From the NCBI GenBank assembly GCA_045837725.1, contig JBEWZL010000261.1, positions 1 through 64,000 on the forward strand: DNA of 64,000 bases, read 5' to 3'. Positions within the stretch are counted from its first letter, which is position 1, and every line of letters starts with the position of its first letter. The notes beneath the pieces were generated by a model. The model ran no database searches and had not been told where the DNA came from. It saw only the letters and a list, made by a program, of their open reading frames with translations. This DNA comes from Vermamoeba vermiformis (taxonomy: Eukaryota). Both the position numbers and the translations under genes were made by a program. Shown in pieces: positions 37,132 to 50,684 of this stretch.

Positions 37132-37461
37132 TTTGATATCGTTATTACTAAATTTGAATATTACACCTTTTATGTGTATAATGCTTATTGGAGATGAAAA
37201 AGATACGCGTTGGAAGTTTCAGAAGAAGAAAACTACTGACGCGTGGCCAAGCACGTGATCGATCCCAAACGAAATCACTTAGCGGGGCAGTCGGAAAGTG
37301 TTTATTCGTACAACAAGCACTATAGTGCATCACGTAGTAGCGAAAATAACTCAACCTATTATTTGCGGGTGAATAGCGGACTTGATCATACTTCTCGGGT
37401 CATTTTTATTCGCATTGATTTTGTAAATTTGTCATATATATTTCTATAATTATTGTACATA

Positions 37462-38390
37462 ATGGGCAGTGACCACCAGCTATCAAAAGGTAAGTTCCAA
37501 GCAATGGAACAACACAATAATTGCCAAAAAAACAATTCAATCAGAAAGTATTATTAGGATCCTAAAGAAAATTATCTCCATGATATATTTAGATGGCACT
37601 TTATTATATTTCACGCGCTAGAATATTCTGCTTTATTTTCTAGCGCGTGAATTAAAAATGTCACATTTGGCCTATGCTTACGCTTGGAATATTACTAGGA
37701 AAACGATGCTGGCGATTTTTCTATCGATGGTATCCATTAGTAGGCGTTCTAGTCGGAGTTAGTGCTGCAGGTGGATTCTGGAGTTTAGGTACGTACCGAT
37801 TTATCTTGTTTGGCATCCAACGCGACTATTAATATTCTCAATATTTATATTCTAATTGGTGTTTTTAGGAAATACAAGCGCCGTAATTTTAGCAATTACA
37901 AGCTCAGTATTCGCATCCGTCAGTTTATTTGACATGATTCTCGTGCACAAACTCTGCGGCAAAGGAGATTCTTACATTCATAAGTACAGAGAGCCTAGTT
38001 ACGCTCAATATGTAATGCGAGTAAGTCATAAGCTCCTCATACAAATATTGATTTTGTGATCACGGATCCAATCCACAAGCCGAGTTTTGTGGCAACTTAT
38101 TAAATATTATTAAATCGTATTTCTAATTTCTTATGCATCGATACTAATGAAAATTGCGTTTACAGAGGTTCTTTGCTTGGATCTTGACCCTCGCGTCCGT
38201 GGCTAGTATGATCTATTTTATCGTGATATCAGCACAAAACCAAGAGCCACTGACCGGCCAATCGCATTGGATGGGCGTTGTGTGGAGCTTCATGTGCTTG
38301 AAGTGGGCTGGATTTGCATTGGGGCATTTCTACATGCATCACAAGTACGACCAGTACCAACACTTGCGCGAGGAAGATCTCATCGAGTAG
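37462..38390 (+). CDS. Four-TM protein resembling HRG-1/SLC48 heme transporter
   Basis: Four hydrophobic helices. The last, SHWMGVVWSFMCLKW, resembles the HRG family VWxFMxxKW motif. Confidence 0.55.
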
Positions 38391-39010
38391 ACGGGAATTG
38401 CCATTTGCAAATAATGTAAGGTGTATAAATATACCATATTACGCGAACACAATGCTGTAAGTTGCTAATTGACGAAAATTGAGAACAAATTTGGGTACAA
38501 TTAAGCGCACGGTTTTGCCAACAAAAATTGTACAGTGTACTTTTCTGCCAAACCGAGGTAAAGATAGTAAAACAGGCGGAGAGGAAAGCCAAGGAATGCT
38601 CTAGCGTAGATGAGCACCAATGACTAGCACCATAATGACGTTGTATGATCATTTCAAGAGTCGTTCTGAATTTAATGTTGCAATGTTGAAGAAGCTTGTT
38701 GGCCACAAAGCGGTATGAAAAGCCTGTCCAAAAAACTAAAAGACGAGTGTTGCCTTGAAAGAATGAGAGTGGCACCAAGCAAATTCCAGGCACTGAGGGC
38801 ACTAAGTGGTTGTCTAATTGGTTGTTAAGAACGTTTACTGAAGCTTTGAAGTTTCAAAAGTATGCCCCCTAAAAATATGGAACGTGCCAAAATAATTCTT
38901 CGTTTGCTTGTTCTTATTGGGATTAACTGACTCCGATTCTCTTACAGCCTTAATTGAGCTAGACTACTGACAGCTCATGAGAGCTCGGTTCTGCCGCCCT
39001 CGCATTTGTT

Positions 39011-40938
39011 TCAAAAGGCAACTTCCATCGTCATCATCAGCGAGAACCCAGCCACCATACCAAAGTTTCCAATCGTCTTGCTACTCGCTTGACTTCGCGG
39101 AATTAATTCTTTGACCACGACGTAGATCATCGCGCCAGCTGCGAATGAAAGTGCGTAGGGCAAGATGGAGTCGATGAAGTAGACCATGGTCGCACCTAAT
39201 AGTGCTCCTATAACTTCGACGAATCCAGACAGCTGTCCGTACATGAAAGATTTAAAAGTGGATAAGCCTGCTTTTTTCAGGGGCAACTAAAAATACCGAA
39301 ATGTTAGTGATTCGAACGGATCCCGAAACCAAATCACAAACTAATGTCGCTGGGCTGCTATTGTGGGGAATGTATAGGCAATATATGAACACTAGTATAT
39401 ACTTACAGCTACGGCAGCACCTTCAGGGATATTTTGCAAACCTGTTCGAAGAGGCGATTAGATCTGCTGTGTTCACGCCTGTGTTCAAAGACTACAACGT
39501 ACCTATAGCCAGTGCCAATAACATAGATTGGATCAAGGCGTCTTTAAGATTGTCCTGTTCATAGACCGAACCAAAACTGACTCCTAGAATAGGTAAATTA
39601 GTTTCCGAAACACGTTCTTTGAACGAACTGAAAGATAAACCAAAAGTGATTATTATTTCAAAATTATGAGATATTTTCGAATATATTATTGAACGGTAAT
39701 AGTTTTAGCCATTATAAGATGTGAAGGCTTGCGCCATCTGGATGCGATCACTTACCGACAACAAATCCTTCAGGAAGATTGTGAATAGTGACTGCTATTA
39801 CTAACAGCAACATATTCTTTGGCAGTCGGTCAATAAATTCAGCTAAAAGGTTATAATAATCAGTCAACAAAGTCAAAAAACAGATCGTGTCCCGCATCAC
39901 TTACAGTTCTCATCGTACTGCTTAGTAACTTCTATATCGATATTAGTATCGTCTAAATTTGTTGAGACCTCCGAGTCCAAGCTCATATTCAACTCATCAT
40001 CCACTGTGGCTTCGTTGCCTGTGTTTGCCTCCAACGGGAAATTATCCACACGAGACTCACCTGAAATATCAACCTTTAGTTCTCGTATTAAATAAGGCAG
40101 TTCCTATTGAGTATGTGATATTAAGCGGACATTTAAATATAAAGCACATCGAGTGTTCGGAGATTACATTCGAAAATGCAAAGTTAAAGTGATCGATGTG
40201 TGCGCGCTACTTTTAAGCACAGTAGAACTCTGTGAATATTATAGAATAATGCGCACGTGTGTTTAAGACACTAGAAACGTACTTCTCGAGGTGAAGCAAC
40301 ATAATTTACCACCTCCTGGCTCGTTCTCTGGTATCAGCCAGTCCGCCAACTCGAGGGCTCCAACGCCCAACAAAAATCCACCCAACACGGGAATAAACGC
40401 TGTTTACGACAAACGTTAGTCTAAATAAGCATACATAATATATCGTATACTACGCACCTGGATATGAAAGCTCGCGGCTCAGGGCAAGTGACGGCATCAA
40501 GAGCGAGAAAAAGCTCGCGGCTAACATAACGCCCGCACTAGCACCAAATAGAAAATCAAGAGTAGTGGCTAATTGAGTTCATATTAATATCTAAAGCTAG
40601 GCTTAAACTGTCGCAGCAGATCAAACACGGCGGCTGTCAAAATTTAATTTGATATTTTAATTTATAAACAGTCTAAAACGAACAAGTTTAATAATAAGAT
40701 AAAAAGAGGAAAGCGCAACATATTTCTAAATTTTTGTAAATAAATTTCTGCCAGATTCAGACCGAAATGACAAAAAATCTTTTTTGATATGTAACTGCCG
40801 CTAAACAATAGGAGACTTACGTTTGAAACCATGTCGTCCAAAACAAAATACTACGGATGCGCCAAGCGCAGTAGTTCCCCAGGTAAATAAGGAGCTCAAG
40901 AACGCTAGCAAGATGGGATGATAATCTTCTAGTCCCAT
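39011..40938 (-). CDS. ZIP family metal transporter (ZIP11/GufA-like)
   Basis: Motifs FTWGTTALGAS, GVMLAASFFSLLMP, AVTIHNLPEG, QNIPEGAAV, GQLSGFVE and LSFAAGAMIYVV. Confidence 0.92.
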
Positions 40939-42093
40939 CGTAAAAATAATCCTATAAATTAATAAAGGCCGTTTGATGTCGCGCGTGGCCTGTCAATAAA
41001 TAATGATTGAAAAGGCCAAACAAGTAAACCCACGCCACACACAGAACTGCAACAATAATATCCGATACCTTAAAAATGATAACATACTGTATTGTTACCA
41101 ACGCCTCACATCGTACGATCGCTTTGTTTGGATCCAATCCATGCATCCTGAAATCCGCTCTTTGAGGAAGGGACACAGCTATGCATTTGCCTCCATTTCG
41201 TTTATATGCGCACTAATAGACGATGGTCTATCTACCCAGGGCATTCCGTCGCCGACAATAAGTCGTGGTTTCAGTAAGTCTGAATTACATAAAATCAGAC
41301 TTTGTTATTTTCAGACAGAAGCGGATGCATGGCGGTTCGAACACTGAAGTTAAGAATCTTGGGCACCACCGTCATAGCCTTCTCATTTGTACCAAAAGTT
41401 CGCAACCAAGCTTGTTGATGGAAACCGAGATTTGCTCCTTTTTAGGAAATCAAGAGCGGTACGAAGGATTAGCGTTCCGTCGCACGACGGGGGAATAGAA
41501 GGAACTATTATTATCAACAAATATCTTTGAAATTATGTGTTCTTCTTTCAGGTTCAAAAATGTGAGCCAGTTTTGGGAAGTGCAACAGTCGATTGAATTG
41601 CAACGCTTCCTTGGGCGACATGTTAACAATTGACATTGCTCGTTCGGGGATAAGACGCCAATACAATGCATGAGGAGCTCGTAGTAGGACGGACAAAATA
41701 CCAGCACATCCACGGTAAATCCATGAATACGTCCCTTCGACGAACTACGCTCGAAAAGCCAAACTTTAGTTCGAAATTCGTAGATCCGACGGGATTTTGG
41801 GTTATTTTCCCGTTTTTCCGCACGTGGTTTCCAAAAATGGCAGAAGAAAATTAAACCCGCGAGTTGTTTGAACTCATTTTTTGCTTCTTATGTCAACACT
41901 TGAACACAACTCATACAACCAGACCTTCAGACTATCACAATGGAGTTGTAGACTTTAACACGACGCGTCCGTTCAACAAACATTTATTTATTTACCACAT
42001 CTTTTGCCATGACCACTGCATCAAAAAATCTTTATACTTTATCAATACAATCCTCAATATCAACACTGTAACTAGACTACCAACACCACTGCA

Positions 42094-42674
42094 ATGAACA
42101 ACGACGACTTTATGTTTGAAATGGAGCTCGAGGCTCCTGCCGACATCCTCTCCTTCTCTTCGATGGGATCAACAAGCTCTCTGGCTATCAGTGACAGCGA
42201 CGATTGCTTGGCTATACGCGAAGATAACACTCCCGTTGGCTCATACGTCGACGATTTAACATATTTCGAAGAATACCACGCAAGCAGGAAGAAAGAAACC
42301 TCCGTTACTCCGCCGATCCCCATCACTAAGCCAAAAGGCCCAATCATGGACTTTGTGCCTCAAAAACCAGCGGCCAACATGCGTAGTGATATCGACATTT
42401 TAAGAGATCTCAACGCCGAGTCGTACAAGGTAATTAATCTTCACTTTTTCGCCACATCGTCCCTTTCCATCGAACGTTCTACACACTTTTTTTGTGTGCT
42501 CGTCAAGATTGGCTAGAACGTAAATCGCGCAGTTATTTTAAAATCACATCATATAAGTATTAACGCTCTTTAAATCTTTAGTTTGTTCCACCCCATCAGC
42601 TCGTCTCCCGTGACGGATTCTCTGTGTGGAAACACAACAACCGTCTTAATCAAACCAAGATAGCATTCAACTGA
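42094..42674 (+). CDS. Small hypothetical protein with C-terminal FVPPH motif
   Basis: ORF 42094-42429, GT-AG intron, second exon FVPPHQLVSRDGFSVW ending TGA 42674. Confidence 0.65.
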
Positions 42675-43208
42675 ACGCGAGCATAGTCAACTACATGGTA
42701 CTCGATTTAGAAACTTTACTGAGACGAGAATTTTGATTTTCGAGCTCGATCAGGATCGTGATCTAAAAACAGCACCATTTATGTAAATACTCAAAACTCT
42801 ACCGCAAATAAGCGCTTCGGCGCATCATGTTTAATATAAGAAAGTGTACATAAGAATCAAAACGTTGTATTTAATAACACAATAAACCAACGAGGAAATG
42901 AAATGTTTCTGACAGCATGATCTGAAACAAACCTCCGTTTAACATATTAATACTTGTCCGTCACTTTCAATCTAGGTTGTTCAACAGTACTGAATAGCAT
43001 CTTAACCGCCAGATTGTGTTTACAAAAGTAAATCGCTAATTATGCCGTGCGTCTAAAAATACATAACTTCAAATTTGGCAACGGAGTTAATTGCGATTAG
43101 GTAACGCTCCCTCACTATCTCGGTTAATGCTGCCTTGCGGCGAATTTTATTTTACAGCTTGTAATGTACAGTTTAGTTCTGAAGAGCGCATCCACAAAAT
43201 TATGTGTT

Positions 43209-45098
43209 TCAAGCAACTCGCTTGAATTCCTTTTCTTTAAACACGGCGATATAATACACGTTACCGTTCTCCTTCTTCTCCGTCAGCGAAAGCACGGCTT
43301 GGTTCAGAGATCCGTCTTTATGGCGCGTGGTAACTCTCCTACCGATGCCTATCAATTTTGATTCTCCAGTCTGAGCATATTTTTCCAAATACGCGTCGTG
43401 TTTCTATATTATATATTCAAATTAGCTTTAGTACATTTTTTTGGCGGGCAATTAATTTAAAATTTTTCGGGTGATTTCCTAATTAGTGTTCGCGGTTCTT
43501 ACCTCTGCATGCCGATCGGTCATGAAGATCTTAACATTCTTGCCAACGGCATCTGCTAAGCTATGTCCGAAGAACTTCTCACAAGCCTTGTTGATGCACA
43601 AAATAACCCCGTGAACATCGCTGATTACTCCTGGCATTGAGAGCTGATCCAACGCTTCTCGTTCACGCTGTAGCAGTGACTTGACTTGGGGTTGCTCGCG
43701 GAACTTTTTGAGAAGGCCCACGAAGAATGGTTTACCGTCTAGTACACGTGCTGAGACTTCGAGGTGAATCGGAACGAGTGTACTATCCTGCGTGCACATG
43801 ATGTTTTAGGCGATTGATAGTCGAGCCAATAGCATTATTTAGACCTACCTTTCGTTGCAATACGACATCCTTGCCAATACCGATAATTTTTGTTCTTCCA
43901 GAGGCAACAAAGTTCTTAATGTAAGTGTCGTGATTCTCGCGATCAGCTAGGGGAGATCAAGTTAGATCCGGGCCAGGTGAACCTTAGTACGCTCTGAAAC
44001 AACATACCAGCTGTCATTAAGATATTGACGTTTCGTCCTTTGAGGCTTCTGGCAGTAAATCCAGTCAGCTGTTCAGTCGCCCTATTCACATAATGCATGA
44101 TTCCTAAGTGATCGATAACAATGACCGGATCTGCCATTTCTTCGAACATCGAATACATCGAGAATGTTGGCGATGACGAGCTTGCCCTTAATACCGAGTT
44201 TCGTGCTGCAGGTAGCGCGAGAGTTAGTAAACTAGACGTTAATGCGGATCCACGTCAAATTTTGCATACCTGGTACGCTAATAGTGAAAGTCAATGTTAC
44301 TTTGTGCCTAATGGCAAACGCGAAGGCTACTTGGACGCTATCATCGCTGTCTACTGTTATAACGTCATTCTCTTCGTCCGTGTACTTAATCTGAAGTGGA
44401 ATTTGCATTTCTGTGGTGTAATTTCGAGCGTTTAACTCGTGGTTGAACAATTTCGTTACTGCTTTGCGTAATTCTTTGATTCCTGCCGTCAATTTAAATT
44501 TCTGTTTTCGGATCTCGCCCTCAAAATTGAGCTTAACGAGGATATTGCCTATTATATACATTAGAACACATTCTTAAAGATTAAGTGCAACATTGCGGTC
44601 TGTTTGACGGGCAGATTCGGTCGACTTACCTATTCCAACAGCTCCATCGCTTACTGTAGGTGAATTTTGGATAGATTGGTTTTGTGCCATATTTAATTCT
44701 TCTATTTTTCTTAGGATCTTCTTTCGTGGCCCCATCTTTGTTATACCAATGCTGACCAGATCTTCATCCGTCAAAGTTAACAATTCTGATCCAGATATCT
44801 CGTTTTCGACGAAGAATTTTTTAGAATCGTGTAAATCAAATGATTCAAGCCAGATTCCAACATCCTCTATTGACCACAATTTCACATCTAAATAATTTGT
44901 AAATTTACTTATTTATTAGAGAATCAAATTTAAGATTTTACCTTTAGCCTGGATTTTCCTTAGTGGGATATTTAATGAGTCATCTCTTCTAGGAGAAAGA
45001 AGGCTCTTCAGCGCCAATTTATGCTCCATTGTCGGACTCGATCCACAACTTGCCGGTCGGTTAGGCAAATACGAGGATGTGGAATACCTGAGTGCCAT
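43209..45098 (-). CDS. SAM + PB1 + two FixL-like PAS domain protein
   Basis: SAM (WSIEDVGIWL...ENEISGSELLTL...GPRKKIL), PB1 (VKLNFEGEIR...IKYTDEENDVITVDSD) and PAS (GRNVNILM..HDTYI...KIIGIG; GKNVKIFM..HDAYL...KLIGIG). Confidence 0.85.
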
Positions 45099-45424
45099 GG
45101 TACTGCGTTAATTTAATTAACTAAAACATAAGGGATTAAATAACCGTCGTGCAGTGCTGTGGTCTCTTTGTGACACTGCAATATTTGAATGAAAACCAGA
45201 TCGTCCGAAAAAAATTGTTGCAATTATTCCGTACGAATTAAAATTAATGTGGTGAGCAGGCGTCGGAGGTTCGTAGCGTAAACGATTTTTTGATTATCCG
45301 AAAATGACGGCGAATTCAAACTCGCACTAATTAACCAATTCACACAAGAGATTTAAAATCTGCCGCTTGACCTCTGAGAAACTATTTAATAGAGGATAAT
45401 AGGCGAGTACATAACTTCATAACA

Positions 45425-46714
45425 TTACTCGTTCTTCTTGTCGTCAGTGGTAGGCTTTGCGGCGTTTTCGCGGGCAGCCTTGTCCAAGGGTGTTTCTTCA
45501 CCATTGCGCTTAAGATAGCCGACTACAGGGTACTTCATCTCATACTATAGTATAATAAGCTAGACATTAGTAAGGTATTTTCATGTTTGCGAATGATGTG
45601 TAATGTTAAACAGTGGTATAATTTCACGTTAAAGTTCACCAGTCGCACGTGAATAATTTCCCGCAAATCATTCGAATTCTTTCTTGCACGAGCTCATACT
45701 AATGTCGCAGTATATAAAATTGTATAGTAAGGTATAGGGTAGCACTTACAGTCATAATCCAATCGTTCAAAGCGTCGAGTTCGGATGGGGACAAACCTTC
45801 AAGAGAGTAGTTGTCCACGTCCTTAAGATCGGTGCTTTGCAAGGCCAACGCTCTAAGATAGGCGTAAATTAATACGTAAATCAAGTATACGTCAAGCAAT
45901 AAACTTAATAACGCCGTTCATGAACGAGCGAGAGTTGACCATAAAAGTAAATTTAAAGCGCAACTTGAATAACTTTGAATTGTTGCGCAATTGCTGCTTG
46001 GCATTAAAATGATAAATTACTTATATTATCACCACTATAGTACCCACCTTGAAGCATCACGACCAGCAAATACGGCATAGGGACCACCGGGACCGTAGAA
46101 CATTCTGCTGCGAGTGCAGTCGTAGATCTGATAGCAAATAAGTCTCGGTATTTTTATAGCGTAAATAATAATATACGAGCATAGGGTATAATAGGTTGGT
46201 GAATGTGATAGTTCGCGGATTCAGACTTACTTTACCCTTGACACAAATGTAAATAGGAGTCTCGTCATTACGACCATCAAATTGTTTCAATTCCTCTTCG
46301 GTAAAGTTGCGCAAAATAATTTCGCGTGGCTTGATGACGACTGGTTGACGAACAGGCTCGCTGGAAGTAACAGAAAAAATTAGTGAAACAAATCCAGTCT
46401 AAAAATTACAATAAGGCCTGAATTGCATCAAATAAGATTTTTCAGTGCATATATAAATATTATAACACAATTAGAATTGATAGGATTGGATCGGAGAAGT
46501 AGTAAATCCGTACGGAAGGGAAATACTCCGAATAATTCAAATAAATAATTATAATATTGCTTGGTGTATGCTCGATAATTAACACTTACGAGGAGAATAA
46601 AAGCTTCTTGAGCATATACAAAATAAATACAATAAGAATTGCAGTGATCGAAATCTCTAGCGTGCTCATTTGATTCTCGTCAGCCTGCGTATTATCTGTG
46701 TTTTGGTCAGCCAT
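45425..46714 (-). CDS. Membrane-associated progesterone receptor family (cytochrome b5-like heme/steroid-binding)
   Basis: N-terminal [43 protein letters not shown] and KYPVVGYL. Confidence 0.9.
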
Positions 46715-46871
46715 ATTTAATATTACTTTATGTTGTGCTGTGGTGGTTGAGTTGATCGGTGCTAAAAAACAGGGAAAACTTTATTCCTCCTTATGACATT
46801 TTTTGGATAAGACCAACAGCATATCTGGGCTAGTACTATAAGCAATATTGTAGTAGCCGTATAATTCAACA

Positions 46872-48321
46872 ATGTTGTCGAACCTGGGAGCCCGCCTCAA
46901 TTTGTTGAGCAGATTTACTAGCTCGACTTCGGTAAGTGAACTCACTCTCTAAAACAAATAATTATGAGTATCCCATCTTCATACGACATATTTTTTGCTT
47001 TCGTGCACAGAACGGACGCAAATTGGCCTAATTTTTGCTGGGATCTGAGGATCGCGACGTTCGATCTCCTCTCAAAAATAGAGAATAAATCCTACTTGTA
47101 TTTATTTCCCTGATTTAATTATTTTAATACATTTGTTGACAATTTTAATCACTTTTAAATTTATTGGTGAGAGCTAACTTCATTTTAATTTTGATCAAGC
47201 GCCGTGTCATTCAAAAGCAATACTTATTCGAGTCAAATGGCTCAATATTTACCAGATTTACAAGCGCACATTTTTCCACCTCAATTGGGGTCCACAAAGA
47301 CAAATCAACAAAAGAAGATAACCGCAGAACGCTTTTCATGCACCGGATGCAGAAGAAAATCAACCACGAGGACTTTGAAGGTGCATTAAGCGTATATAGA
47401 AAGCTAAGATCATTGAGGTTAGACGACCACGTTGGCGTATTCAATAAGTTATTCAATTTGGCGATCGCGCAGGACGATCCAACCAAGCTCGAGCAAGTCC
47501 TGAGTGAAATGCACGCTGCAAATGTTCAGCCTATATCAAAAACATTAGAGATATTGTTCCCTTATTTAATTGAAAAAGATATGCGAACCCACATTCTCAA
47601 GTTGGTGGATCAGATGAAGAAACACAACATTGTTATTCGCGAGGTAGAGATTCAAGAGGTCATTGGACGGGTATCTCAAACGACCTCCGAAAGGAGGAAG
47701 AAGAATTGCCTAAAAAGGAAAAATCTACAAAGAAGAAGGCGAAAGAGACCGACGAGGAAGAAAAACCAGCAAAGAAGCCGAAATCAATCACGTACATTAC
47801 CAACGAAAAGCAGCTTAAAAAGGAAATCGAAAAATATTTGCAAAGTAAGGAAGGCGGTGAAGCCGATGGTTCACTGAAGAAAGTTTCATCGGACAAGAAG
47901 AGCAAGAAAAAGAGCAAAAAACTTGATGAAGACGAGGACGAGGACGATCAGCACGATGAAGAAAATTACCAAAAAAGGAGATTCAATTAAGATTAAAGAA
48001 AAGTCGGTCAAAACTGAAGTCGATAAAGAAGGCAAGACTAAAAAAGTAACGAAACAAAAATCTGAAACTGTGCTTGAAGCCAAGAAGACTAAAAAAGATC
48101 AAAAGAAGCACGAAGAAGATAAAAAATCGAATAAGAAGCAAGAAATTATCGAAGAAGATGAATTTGATGACGAAGAGTTCGACGACGATGAATTTGACGA
48201 TGACGATGATGAAGTGATCGAAAAAGTCGAGAAAAAGAAGAAAACGAAGAAAATCAGCAAGAGCGGCGTTAAGAAAGTCAAAAAGACCGTCAAAAAAATC
48301 AAAAAAGTGTCGACAAAATAA
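46872..48321 (+). CDS. PPR-like helical-repeat protein with presequence-like N-terminus and K/E/D-rich tail; two apparent frameshifts
   Basis: PPR-like helices (ALSVYRKLR..VGVFNKLF; VLSEMHAANVQP; LVDQMKKHNI). Frame changes near 47670 and 47965. Confidence 0.55.
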
Positions 48322-48827
48322 ATTATAATACGCAAAAAGAAATGCAACATTATTTGCAGCCTTCTAGAACCACACCTTGCAATTGCTACGAAGATTTCTG
48401 ATGCTCATACGTAACTACATAGTATTATTTCATTACAGGACGAAAGATGGTGGTTGAACATCAACGATGCGGATTTGCTGAAAGTGAGACACGGATGGAT
48501 AATACGCTCATCTAAGTCGTACCCGATAGTCCTGGTTGCTATTGCAAAGTTTATGTACTGATTAATTATTCGCGACAGTACCCGGTGAACTCGGTGAGCG
48601 TTAGCTCATGAAGTTATTCGATATGATCTGGTAATATCAAGAAAATCTTGCATAATGACATATGACGGTAAGCTCGCGGTATTTCTCGTGAACAGGAGAC
48701 CCAATGTCCGCTTTTTTTTTCTGCGTTCCTTTTTTGTCTTTTATTAATTTTATTCCGGACGAGAATCTATTTAGCGCTGCATTATTATGATTAGTTTATT
48801 TTAAATCTCATTCTTCATTCAAACACT

Positions 48828-50462
48828 ATGCGTAGTTTCGTTGATTTATTACTCCTTGTTCTCGGCTGTGTTGCTATCGCCAATGCAGGCTGGCAACTGA
48901 CATTCGCAGACGAGTTTAATGGTCAAACACTGCTCAATACGACTGCTTGGCAAACATCTTATTCATTCGCACCAGCAACGATCAATAGCGAGCTTCAGTT
49001 CTACTCACCTGGCGGTTTCACTTTTGGATCAAGTTATTTGCGCATCGTTGGAGAGAAAAAATCTATCAACGGCTTCAACTATCAGTCGGGCGTTATTACT
49101 ACGAATGGTCGATTCAGCCAAACGTTTGGATATTTTGAAATGCGAGCACGATGGATGTCAGGTCGAGGATTATGGCCCGCTTTCTGGCTTTATGGACAAT
49201 ACACATCAATATGTAAGTACACTAGAGCTATTTAAGAAACAAAAGCGTATTTTCGCAATCAACTTCGGATCAAATTGTTACGGTTCACATTGCGTGTCTG
49301 ACAGGTGTCACATTTGATATTCCAAATCTTAATAGAATCTAAATTAACGAGTTTAATATCTTCGCAGCCGGTGCAACTGAAATCGACGTATTGGAGGCGT
49401 TGTTACAAAACCCAGAAACTGCTCACTTGACTTACCACTGCAAAGACAAAACAGCAGTATCAACGACTTACACGAGCAACGCTCTTGCTGATCAAAGCTG
49501 GCACACGTACAGCGTGCAATGGAATCCAAACATCATCATTTGGTACATTGATGGCATTCAACGCTTCAACACCACCACGTGTGTGCCCAAGTATCCGATG
49601 TTCATTCTTGCCAACATGGCTATTGGTGGCTCTTGGCCTGGTCCTCCAAATGCCACAACACCGTTCCCAGCATATATGGACGTGGACTACATTCGTGCTT
49701 ACAAGTACGTGTCATCGGGAGGTGTCAGTGTGACTGGCCCCGGCAACGGTTTATCATTCACAATGCCAACACTGCCCACCTTGCCCACCATCACCTTCGG
49801 AGCCCCTCCTACGGTGAAGCCGAACAAAGCCAATCGAGGATCTAACGTGACCTTCACTTTCACTTTTACTGTGCGCGGAACAAGTAGTCTGATCACTCCG
49901 AATGTGGCGATGTACGTGCAGAGTTGGATGAACACAAATGGCTCGCAAAGTATTATCACTCGTACGACTCAACTGCCTACTTTGACCGTTGGCACAACGC
50001 GCACGGTGAGCTACACAGCATCGATTCCTAATAATGCCGCAGATGGGTACTACCGAGTTGTATTTGGCGTGTGGAACAATACGTGGGGCAACAACGTATT
50101 CTGGCAGAATAGCGTCGCAGAACTTGGAATCAATAGCATCGTTGGTGGTCGAGGTAAGTCAAAGCCACATCCACGACCTCCGATCAAATTATGATTTGAA
50201 GGTCTTCTTATTAGTGCGTTGTAACTGACTGCCAATATGGTTAGTGCTGTCCACGAGTCTTTTGGACAAATCAAATCCTTCCGTCGACGCTGAAAGTCCC
50301 GCGGTTGCAACTTCTTCCGTTAGCCAAGACGACCCTGCCTTAGAACAATCTCCGCATGCTGAGCAATTGCCGTACGAGGGAGTTACAAGCACAGCTGATT
50401 TTGTAAAACTTAATGCTTTCGTGGCTCTGTGCGCAATTGTGATCTTTGCTGTATCGTTCTAA
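48828..50462 (+). CDS. GH16 glycoside hydrolase (laminarinase-like) + Ig-like domain + GPI/TM tail, copy 1
   Basis: Signal peptide, WQLTFADEFNG, FGYFEMRAR, GLWPAFWL, catalytic EIDVLE, WHTYSVQW, MDVDYIRAY and hydrophobic C-terminus. Confidence 0.9.
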
Positions 50463-50684
50463 TTGCGTTTGCGAGCAAGTTCTGCGTTTACAAAACGAGA
50501 TTTTACGCATAAAACAATTTCAGTATTAGTAAAAGCGACTCAAGGTTCACATTTGTTACGAATCCTCCCGACAAATCACCCGATTTTTGGCATTTTTATT
50601 AATCTTATTTACAACCAAATCTTTTTACCCAACTTGGCGTGCTTCATGGGATTTATTGTTTTAATAATATCTACAGCACCAGAA

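Noticed and set aside
38380-38900. 140-aa minus ORF / possible TE remnant
   Set aside because: Non-ATG start, no domain similarity, and no terminal repeats seen.
40950-41830. Possible decayed F-box-like gene on the minus strand (MDLP.DVLV...)
   Set aside because: Fragmentary, with multiple stops and frame changes; no product can be supported.
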